Source: Octopus sinensis (taxonomy: Eukaryota). Taken from it: a stretch of 64,000 nt of DNA. The position numbers and the translations under genes were made by a program. The notes under the pieces were generated by a model. The model was not told the origin of the DNA, did no database searches, and saw nothing but the letters and a program-made list of their open reading frames with translations. Of this stretch, positions 53,629 through 64,000 are shown piece by piece. The stretch covers positions 11,780,001 to 11,844,000 of the forward strand of contig NC_043015.1 in assembly GCF_006345805.1 (NCBI RefSeq). Direction: 5' to 3'. Each line of letters opens with the position of its first letter. Position 1 is the first letter of the stretch.

Positions 53629-54498
53629 CGAGGTCTGATCAAATAGTAACTGAACTGTTGCCATAGTGACGAAGTTAAAGCACGTACAGTGAAGCCGCTT
53701 GGCGCAGATTGACCTTGAACTGTGCTGTGCATGCGCAGTAAGATTTAACGTTCTAGCTCAATTTCGTTGCTTACAGCAATGCTTGGAAGGAAGGTGTGTA
53801 GCGTGTGATCGTTGCGTTGATCATGACAGAGAAAGTTGCCATGGTGATACCTGCTCAGATGCCTATGCAAGGTTGCAGAAAGTGTATGAAGAGGAGTATA
53901 TAAGGCGCACACAAGTGTACGAGTGGTTCAGACGTTTCCAAGATGGCCGAAAAAATGCCGATATTGACGAGTGTTTTCGAAGACCCGCAACCAGCAGATG
54001 TGCGTGCAGCTGTGTGCGGAAATCGTCGAATCACCATCCATGAGTTATCAGAGGATGTGTAAATTAGTTATGGTTCAGTTCAGTCCAGTATCACTAGAGG
54101 CTTGCATATGAAACGCGTGTCTGCCAAGTTTGGGCCGAAACTGCCTTCAGATGACCAAATCGACACTTGGGTTTCAGTTGCACAAGATTTCCTTGACGGT
54201 GTTGAGAACGATGAAACGCTTTTGAAAACTTTGCGAAGACCTCTGAGCAGGAATCACCAAGCTTTTGGCAAAATTTGATGAAGGTTTTCTACTCAACTTT
54301 GTCTTCGTCAATGCGACGATCACACGCTACACACCTTCCTTCCAATCACTGCTGTAGACAGCAGAAGTGAGCTAGAACGTTGAAACATAGTGCGCATGCA
54401 CAGCTGAGTTCAAGGTCAATCTGTGCCAAACGGCTTTACTTTCTGTGTTTTAGCTTCGTTACTGTAGCAACAGTCCAGATGCTTATTGATAAGATACG
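53629..54498 (+). mobile_element. Non-autonomous mariner/Tc1 derivative with about 205-bp inverted arms and a TA TSD
   Basis: TA at 53627-53628 and 54499-54500. N-terminal transposase relic VYEWFRRFQDG, RRITIHEL, KRVSAKF. Confidence 0.9.
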
Positions 54499-54832
54499 TA
54501 TTTCAATGAAACTATTCACACAGGACACAAGATTAAAGAATTTGCATTCAACCGCATGGTTTCGGGTTCAGTCCCACTTTGTGGCATGTTGGGCAAGTGA
54601 CCTCCACTATATCCATAAGCCATCCTTTGTATAGTAAGTAAATCCGATCGGTGGAAAAGGCACAGAAGCTCGTCGTGTGCGTGTGATAGTGATGATGATG
54701 ATGATGATGATGATGATGAGGAGGAGGAGGAGGGGGGGGGGAGAACAAGGCAGTAGAATATATCTGTTAGGTATAGATCACATGTGATGGAACAGAATGT
54801 TGCTCATGCTTTATGTACATTTCAACCCTAAC

Positions 54833-55006
54833 TATTCCGATAATACTGCAATATCTGAGGAAGATTTGTATGCTATTTCTTGTAAAGTCGGGTGGGTCTC
54901 TCTCTTCTTCATATTGTCGATGTAGCTGTAGTGTTTTGTGATTTAGTTGCTGTAATGCCGCGTGGCTGTGTTGCAAGGCACAAATTAATTCTGGTCGAAC
55001 AGAATC
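54833..55006 (-). CDS. Candidate 174-nt exon, phase 0-0 (DSVRPELICALQHSHAALQQLNHK...RYCSIIGI)
   Basis: Pyrimidine-rich TAG acceptor, donor ATA|gttagg, open frame. Confidence 0.45.
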
Positions 55007-55599
55007 CTAGTCGAAACCAAGGGCGTTGAAAGATGATAAGCCGTTATTAGAGAGAGAGATTGTTATTTCTGGCACCTTAAACCACCAGCGAGATGCTCTC
55101 TTGTAGCACCGATCCTCTTTATGTGATTGTTAAATATAAATGCAGTTACAATGGGTCGATATAATAACAGATAATCATACGAATTTTAAAAGGTTTTAAT
55201 ATTGTGCATAACTAATATTCAGACACCGCAATCAACCGAAATAAAAATAAGTGTCACAGCTAAAAGCCATTTCCTGAGAGATTAACAAAATGAGAATTTG
55301 CCTTGTGTAGCTCGTTTCGAATCCATTTCTTCGTAGAGACGACAAAGGTTAGTGCGTCACCACATTCACTATTTATTCTACAATGAATGTCATGTGATTC
55401 ACTAATTGCTCAACTAGAAGTGACACCTGGTTCATTAATCATATTAATTACCGAAAATAGTGACAGTTTTAGTTAGTATTTCCTTTCCGATACGAGAGCC
55501 AACGATCATACTTAGAAAGGCGTTTTAGCTACTTTGTCATTGCTCGTGTGTTCAAATTCGCAGTGACTTTTTTTTCCTGTATTTTTGGAGTTTGTCATA

Positions 55600-55788
55600 C
55601 TTCATCATCATCATCACAATCGTCGTCCTCATCATCATCATCACCATCATCATCATCATAGTCATCATCGTCATCATCATCATCATCATCATCATCGTTA
55701 TCATCATCATCATCATCATCATCATCGTCATCATCATCATCATCAACATCGTCATCGTCATCATCATAAACATCATCGTCATCACCAT

Positions 55789-55823
<35 letters not shown>

Positions 55824-56110
55824 TCATCATCATAATCATCAACATCACCATCATCATCATCTTCATCATCATCATCATCATCATCATCTTCATCATAATC
55901 TTCATCATCATCATCATCTTCATCATCATCATCATCATCATAATCATCATCATAATCTTCATCATCATCATCTTCATCATCATCATCATCATCATCTTCA
56001 TCATCATCATCATCATCATCTTCATCATCATCATCATCATCACCATCATCATCATCTTCATCATCATCATCATCATCTTCATCATCATCTTCATCATCAT
56101 CATCATCACC

Positions 56111-56143
<33 letters not shown>

Positions 56144-56608
56144 TTCATTATCATCATCATCATAATCATCATCATTATCATCATCATCATCATCATCATC
56201 TTCATCATCATCATCATCATCATCACCTTCATCATCATCATCATCATCATCATCATCGAATACATCAACATCGCCATCATCACTGCCAGTTTATTGACCA
56301 TTATGATCATCTTTGTCGTCATGATCCTCGTGACATTCATTACCGACTTCATCATCACCGCCATCATTAATATCTTTATAATGTCTGTTTCGTTGTCGCC
56401 ATTACCCTCCATATCACCATCATGGCTCACATCATCATCATCGTTATCATCATCGTCTTCGTAGTTCTCGTCGTCGTCTTCATCATCACTTCCGCCGTCT
56501 TCATAGTTATCCCCCATCGCCTCACCTCACCGACAGCATCACTAACATCAATATCCTCAGTACCACCACCGTTATAACCAGCATCCTCATACTCATCCCC
56601 TTCCTCAC

Positions 56609-56643
<35 letters not shown>

Positions 56644-56743
56644 ACATCATCACCATCATCATCATCATCATGAACATCATCATCATCATCATCATCTTCA
56701 TCATCACCATCATCATCATCATCATCAACATCGTCATCATCAA

Positions 56744-56796
<53 letters not shown>

Positions 56797-56853
56797 CATC
56801 ATTATCATCATCATTATCATCATCATCATTATCATCATCATCATTATCAACAC

Positions 56854-56895
<42 letters not shown>

Positions 56896-56938
56896 GAACA
56901 TCATCATCGTCATCATCATCATCTTCATCATCATCACC

Positions 56939-57000
<62 letters not shown>

Positions 57001-57274
57001 TATCATCATCATCATCATCATCGTTACCATCATCATCATCGTTGCCGTCCTCACCATCGCCATCATTAATCATTTTTTTTACTCACTTTTAAACACATCC
57101 TCTCCGGATATTTTATTCTTTTTTCCTTCCTTATTGTTATCATCGTCATCATCATCATCATTATTACTATTATTATTATAATCATCATCCTCATCATCAT
57201 CATCATTATTATTTTTATTATTATTATAATCATCATCATCAACATCATCATCATCATCATTATTATTTTTATTA

Positions 57275-57314
<40 letters not shown>

Positions 57315-57330
57315 CACCATCATCATTATC
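55600..57330. repeat. About 1.7-kb compound (CAT)n/(CTT CAT)n/(ATT)n trinucleotide array
   Basis: Seen directly in the sequence. Confidence 0.95.
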
Positions 57331-58058
57331 CCAAGACATTATTTTTTCTTTTAAATTTCTTTCATCTGATTTTGCAATTATTTATGTTGTTCTTTGTTTC
57401 TTGTTTTATTTATCCATTTATTTATGTATGTCTTTCTTCACACATTCTTATATTGACTTTATACGTTCAACCCATCCCCCCGTTCTTCCCACCTTACTCT
57501 TTTTCGTTCATCTCTTTCAGTATTTATTTATTTCTTCTATTTTCCCATCTTTTCTGGACTACATCTTGTTTGTTTATTTGTTTGTGTTCTTTTTCCCCCC
57601 TTTTTTTATGCTTTTTTGTTCTTTGTCTCATCACTTTACCTTTTGTTTTAATTAACGGTGTTTAATGAAAATATTGACCTGAAGCACTCAGCATCACTAT
57701 TACCATCGCACCGCCATTTTACTGTAGCAACCACGTGTCTAGGAATTTGGTAAACAGAGAAAGCGGAGGAAATAAGAAAGTGGAAGGCGAGGAGGCACAT
57801 GCAAATGCAGAAGACAGGAGGGAAAGCCAGAAGGAATAGGAGAAGAAGAAGAAGAAGAAGAAGAAGAAGAAGAAGAAGAACAACAACAACAACAACAACA
57901 ACAAGGGCGTGAAAGATATGGGATGCAGAGAGAGGAGAGGAGTATCAAAGGAGGGAGAACAAACTCAAGGAAAGAACAACAGCAGCAGTAACAACAACAA
58001 CAACCATATCAAGAAGCATAAGAAGGTGATACGTGACAGAGAAAGAGAGATAGAGATG

Positions 58059-58089
<31 letters not shown>

Positions 58090-58329
58090 GGGTATAAAGA
58101 ATGGTGTGAAGTAGTGAAAAACAGGAAAAGAGAGGAAGGAGGGAAAGAGAGTGCAAAAGAAGGGAAAATGAAGATCCGCTCCTTAAATAGAAAAGGTTTT
58201 TTGACAGTTTGAACCATTGCTAAAAGTAATGTGTGTGCATAATATAGCAGTAAACAGTTAATTCACCACTCATCAGTCAAATGGAAGAGATTTTTTTTGA
58301 CACTCATAATATTGCTTTCTTCTTTAGGC

Positions 58330-58500
58330 AGAAAACTTGAAATTTAAGGAAAGGGCGATAGGAGATTGCATTGACCCCAGAGCTCAACAGGTACATATTT
58401 TATCGACTCAGAAAGTATGAATGCCAAAGTCGATTTCGGTGGAATTTGAACACAGAATGTAATGACGGATAAAATGTAGAAATGCTAAGCATCTTGCCTG
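58330..58500 (-). mobile_element. Diverged SINE family A
   Basis: Core and B-box remnants. Confidence 0.65.
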
Positions 58501-58699
58501 GCTTAGCTCTCTGAAACGTGGCTAAAAATAAACTGTGTGTGATATAACAGTAAACACATCATTCGCTATTCATCAATCCATAGCACCTAACTCTCATGCA
58601 CGTGTGTGTGTAGTGTGTGTGAGGAGTGTGTGTGTGTGTATGTATATATGTGTATATATAGACATATATGTGTCTGTGTGTGTGTATACACTCTTAACT

Positions 58700-58926
58700 C
58701 TCTTTTACTTGTTTCAGTCATGTGACTGCGGCCATGCTGGAGCACCGCCTTTTAAGTCGAGCAAATCTACCCCAGGACTATTCTTTGTAAGCTTAGTATT
58801 TATTCTATCATTCTCTTTGGCCGAACCGCTATGTTACGAGGACGTTAACACACCAGCATCGGTTGTCAAGCGATGTTGAGGGAACAAACACACAAACACA
58901 CACACACAGACATATATACATATATA

Positions 58927-58999
<73 letters not shown>

Positions 59000-59267
59000 C
59001 CATTCCAACATCCAAAAGAAAGGCAAATAATTTTAAGCGATTATTTCCCTTACACCGGAAGAAATCACTTATTATCTAGATCACCGCTCAACGTAAACAT
59101 AACGTTTTAAGAAATTTGAAAAGCTGAACACGAAACGGTCATTTCTTCTATACTATGTCATTGTATGAAAAAAATTTATAACATTCTTCAGACATATTGA
59201 CTCAATATATATTTTTTAACCTTATAAAACAAGCCTTCTGTAGTTTTTTTCACTTTTTACTATTTTC

Positions 59268-59319
<52 letters not shown>

Positions 59320-59500
59320 ATATATATACATATATACGATGGGCTTCTTTTAGTTTCCGTCTACCAAATCCACTCATAAGTGGATTTGGTCGGCCCGAAG
59401 CTACAGAAGAAGAAACCTGCCCACGGTGCCACGCAGTGGGAATGAACCCAGGACCATGTGGCTGGTAAGCAATCTACTTACCACATAGCCACTCCTGTGC
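58700..59500 (-). mobile_element. SINE family B with an expanded internal linker
   Basis: Head 59335-59500, tail 58700-58900. Confidence 0.7.
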
Positions 59501-59639
59501 CTAAAAATATTTTTAGTAATGTTTTTTGACAGTTATATCGCTAGTTTGTTACAATATGTTGGTCATCATTGATGAATTGTTTATTCTTTATATCACAGAT
59601 GTGATAAGGAATGGTGAAAATATTGTAATTTGAGCCATT

Positions 59640-60345
59640 TTACAAAAATTAAGGAGAAAAAAGTCTCAGTGAAATGGCAGCGGCAAAAGAAATGAATGAA
59701 GTGGAAAGCACAGCATCTCTAATGTGTGATATAAACTGGTTCCGACGTTTCAAGGACGGTTGCACCAGCCTCTAAAACAAAACAACGTCAGGAAGACCTT
59801 TGGATATCGAAGACGAAGCCTTTGTTGATATGGTGGAACAACAACCATGCACAGGCGCTCGTACATTGTTATCACCCCAAGCACCATCATTCTACACATC
59901 CATAAGCTCGGCCTTTTGAACAGACGCTGTCTCGAAGTTTCTGATATACCGCCCGATGACCAGGCTCAACGATGTGTGAATATTTTCAAAAAACTGCAGA
60001 CAAATCCTCGAGATGACATTTCTTGGCGTCGAATTGTAACTGAGGATGAATAATGACTCTATTTTCGTAATTCTAAAAGAGAAATTGGTGGCTTCGTTCC
60101 TCTCAGGCTTCAGAAACTGTTGTCAAACAAGGACAGTTTGAACAGAAGGTCATGTTGTATGTTTGGTGGATTTTCGATGAACGTTGTCCCAGATGATCAT
60201 GCAGTGAAACCTAATCTTTATACTCAAAAACATCAGCGGGTATACAATACATTGGAAGCCTGTTACCGATCATTCATCAATGAAAAACGCCAACTCTTAA
60301 AGTATGACAAAGCCTCACCACACACACACTGCCAACGTGATCAAG
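59640..60345 (+). mobile_element. Decayed mariner transposase relic
   Basis: WFRRFKDG, SGRPLDIEDE, RRIVTEDE. Confidence 0.75.
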
Positions 60346-60356
60346 CGCAAATTTGT

Positions 60357-60592
60357 AAAGGCGGCGCGCTGGCAGAAACGTTAGCACGCCGGGCGAAATG
60401 CTTAGCGGTGTTTCGTCTGCCGTTACGTTCAGAGTTCAAATTCCACTGAGGTCGACTTTGCCTTTTATCTTTTCGGGGGGCGATAAATTAAGTACCAGTT
60501 ACGCACCGGGGTCGATGTAATCGACTTAATCCCATTGTCTGTCCTTGTTTGTCCCCTTTATATTTAGCCCCTTGTTGGCAATAAAGAAATAA
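60357..60592 (+). mobile_element. SINE family A
   Basis: Same head and core motifs; abuts the mariner relic. Confidence 0.9.
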
Positions 60593-60950
60593 GTGCAGAT
60601 TTAAGGAACTTGAGACCTGAAAGCGCTGTCTCACCCTACCTAGAGTCCAGACCTTAAATCGCCCGATCACCATCTTTTCCGAGCGGTAGCTCATTTCCTG
60701 TACGGACGGAGCTTCAACAACGTGGGTGAGGCTCAAAACGGGTGCAGTGCGATTTTACTTCTAATCAAGCCAAATTGTGTAAGCGTAGAATTGAGCATCT
60801 GACATAACGATGGCAAAGACAAGAGAATATGATCAGATATATTTTGATGAACAAAAGCCTTTTCTAAGTAATTTGTATGTACTATAAATTACAGATTGAA
60901 AGACGAAAAAACTTGTGACTCAACATGATATATATATATGTGTGTGTGTG

Positions 60951-60989
<39 letters not shown>

Positions 60990-61041
60990 TGTGTGTGTGT
61001 GTGAGTGCGTGTGTGTGTGTGTATGTATGTATGTATGTATG

Positions 61042-61086
<45 letters not shown>

Positions 61087-61162
61087 TGAAAAGTTAGTTC
61101 GTATAAACACGAGACATGTAGTCTTGTTTGTCTCGTGTGGATGTGTTTAACCCTAGATTGGA

Positions 61163-61228
61163 CCTGCTGAAGACTTTGTGGGTTCTCCTTGACTCGCTAA
61201 AGGAAGATTAGAAACCAATTGGTCCAGG
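61163..61228 (+). ncRNA. Type-I hammerhead ribozyme motif, degenerate stem II
   Basis: ccug-CUGAAGA-(37 nt)-GAAA-ccaauugg-UC-cagg; palindromic stem III. Confidence 0.6.
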
Positions 61229-61621
61229 AAACTAGATGGTAAATGTTTTTCCTTTCCAAATTTATTCCTGTCGAATTTTATCCGCAATTTTTGTGGTTAT
61301 AGAACCTAGCTGTTCTTTCTAGCGTGTAGAATCCCTATAAGTGGATTCCTTATGTGTTGAAATATACACTATATCGTGTATATATATATATATATATTAT
61401 TTATATATATAACATGTTGGTGTGTTTATGTCCCCGTAACTTAGCGGTTCGGCAAACGATACGATAGAATAAGTACTATTCTTACAAAGAATAAGTAGTG
61501 GAGTCGATTTGTTCGACTAAAGGCGGTGCTCCCACAAGAACGCAGTCAAATGACTGAAACAAGTAAAAGAATAAAGCAATAAAAGAATATATGCAGAGAG
61601 AAAGAAAGAAAGAAAGAATGA

Positions 61622-61673
<52 letters not shown>

Positions 61674-62259
61674 GAAAGAAAGTACAGATTGTGCTCTATA
61701 GCGTACCCGAGGATTTTTGATGTATGATATCGTTGTTGTATGCAGATATAAATATTATATATTCGACATATTATCATTTTATATATATCAGTACCAGTGA
61801 AATATAATGTTAAATATTCATCGAATATTTTATGTATTTCATAAACCTGTCATCCTTTATTCAATTGTAATTCAATGTTATTTCTTTAACATGCAATCCA
61901 TACAAAATAACTGCGTACACATATCTGTATATTGGATTACTTTGACTGCATTGTGGTAGAAGTGAAAGTTTCGTAGAAATCTCAGTAACTCATAAAGCCT
62001 TGCTTTACTCAAGAATACATAATGTTATAAACTGTGAAAGGTTACATTTGTACCATGTATATGATGATTTTACGATATACGTTCTGGGTTATAAAGAACC
62101 TGTTGTTGTTAGTTTTGTTGTTGTTGTTGTTGTTCATGGTGGTGTGCTGTTATTGTGTAGTAGATCAGTCGAGGTCGAGTATACTTCGTATTTAAAATCG
62201 TTGAAGAGGAATTTTCTGTTTTTCCAGTGAAGCTTACCTTAAAATAGATTATCCAATAC

Positions 62260-62439
62260 ATCACGCAAACGTTTTAGAACAGTAATTTCACCAGTTTGTT
62301 TCTGAGAGATATAGCGATTATTTCTAACATTTCTAGAAACCGTGTAGAGCCTTTCTCTTTGATTTATCTGGGATATATTTTCAACGTTTGGTAAACCAAC
62401 GTTTGTAAAATAAATGTTATGACTCAAGGCAACTGAATT
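62260..62439 (-). CDS. Candidate 180-nt exon, phase 0-0 (NSVALSHNIYFTNVGLPNV...LKRLRD)
   Basis: Acceptor catcatttcag, donor GAT|gtattg. A stronger donor (exon end 62238) is preceded by an in-frame TAA. Confidence 0.45.
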
Positions 62440-62573
62440 CTGAAATGATGTTCCTTAAGCTGGCAATGCAATATCTCATTTTATTCAATCATTTCTCTTG
62501 CGCTTAGTTTATCTTATTTTAACTGACACCCTCTGTCAGTCCACTTTTCTTCGGGCATGAAGGATTTGCTTAC

Positions 62574-62663
62574 TTCTAGGAGAATGAGGAATTTGGCTAT
62601 TTCTGGTGGGTATTTCGAGAAACACCCTCTTTGTCTTGCATAGTTACTATTTCTTTTGAATGG
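62574..62663 (-). CDS. Candidate 90-nt exon, phase 0-0 (PFKRNSNYARQRGCFSKYPPEIAKFLILLE)
   Basis: Acceptor tgtcaatactttag, donor GAA|gtaagc, 134-nt intron to the next exon. Confidence 0.5.
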
Positions 62664-62897
62664 CTAAAGTATTGACAGAAGCTACAGAATGAGTAGCTGA
62701 AATATCTCATAACTAACATGTAGAAGGACAATGTCCAATAAGTGAGTCCAACTCCACGAATTTACAAGTCTATGACAGACATAATAATATATACATATAT
62801 GCATGTATAATTAAATAATGAGCGTAGAAATTGATATTAATCTATTAAAACCAGTGGCTTAGCATTTTTTAAAAATCCGAAGATTAAAAACTATATT

Positions 62898-63127
62898 ACA
62901 TACAAAATTAAGAGGAATGACCACCAAAGTGGACTCCTGATATGCTAAATATAGTCGTCAAATTGCTATTACCACGAAGAGCGTGTTCTCAAGAAAAAAT
63001 TTCAGCAAAACGCATTTTGCTGAAATTTTTTTAGTAGAACACGCTCTTCGTGGTAATAGCGATTTCACGTCTATATTTAGCATATCAGGAGTCCACTTTG
63101 GTGGTCATTCCTTTTAATTTTGTATGT
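62898..63127. mobile_element. 230-bp near-perfect palindrome (MITE-like)
   Basis: About 113-bp arms with roughly 8-9 differences around a 4-nt centre (cgca, 63011-63014). Confidence 0.85.
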
Positions 63128-63920
63128 TGTATATGTATTATGTGCATGTATATATGTGTGTGCGTGTGTGTGTGTGCCTACATATATATGTGTGTGTGTG
63201 TTTGTATGTATGTATATATGTATAAATACATGTATGTGTGTGTGTGTGTGTACAAGCATATATGTACGACTCCTTCCATGCTACCTCCAACTGGCTCCTA
63301 CGTCCATACTCCTATCGCAGGATTTTCAGTAGCTGTTGGCTCCACATTTAGACATTACTTTCTTCAGTATCTGACACAATTTCCCCAAATCCTGTTTTAG
63401 CCCTTTTAGCCAATAGCCCGTGTACTCCATTTATTCGAAAATCACAATACATAAATTGCTTGCTTGTTTGTGTAGTATAGAAGTCAAGTACTTCGGTACT
63501 CTAACATTTCGGCTGCTCTAACACACTTTCCTTATCACAATTTCTAGTAACACCAAAATCCAAATGTTCATGAGAGGTTGTAGCCCAGTATTTAATTGAT
63601 GCTTATTTCATCGATCTAGGAAGTATGGAATTTTGTCAAACTCAGCATAATTTGAACTCAAAATGGAAAAGATGTGCTGCCACTTCCTACGGTGTTTTGT
63701 TGTAACTCTAACGAATTTGTTATGCAAGACGGCATACTAGACGTTTGGTAATAAGTATGTCTAACTTCGGTAACTTCGGTAGAAATCGAGATATTTGAAT
63801 ATTAGTAAATTCTGTTAATTCTCTTTCATTTCATGGTACATACTGTATCGAGCTTGAAACGGAGTACACAGCCAACGGCAGTAGGATTCCAAATAAAAAC
63901 GTAAAGTAAATAAATACCTA

Positions 63921-64000
63921 TTTCTTTACTAACCACAGGGGGCTAAATACAGAGAGGACAAACAAGGACAGACAGGCGGATTAAGTCTATTATATCGACC
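63921..64000 (-). mobile_element. 3' end of SINE family A, cut by the window edge
   Basis: Matches 12293-12375. Confidence 0.8.

Noticed and set aside
63285-63370. Exon candidate with two in-frame stops
   Set aside because: Too disrupted to list as a feature; mentioned only under the stop-codon finding.

Overview
AT-rich eukaryotic DNA, very dense in microsatellites and SINEs. The repeat families and the (AT)n/(GATA)n/(CA)n/(AAT)n/(CAT)n load suggest an octopus genome (inference). Most ORFs in the track are translations of simple repeats. A chain of phase-compatible exon candidates lies on the minus strand and runs off both window edges; it weakly resembles, from memory, the C-terminal STAND/TPR half of soluble adenylyl cyclase (ADCY10-like), and some exons carry in-frame stops. 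Retroelements: a 3.0-kb RTE LINE inserted into a tRNA-derived SINE with a 12-bp TSD, several R2-superfamily (REL) LINE fragments (one with an inverted RT half), and three tRNA-SINE families. DNA elements: a MULE, two mariner relics, an unclassified DDE TIR transposon and several hairpin MITEs. There are also three to four minimal type-I hammerhead ribozyme motifs of the Penelope-like kind, one inside a small inverted-repeat element. A 100-N gap lies at 24493-24592.
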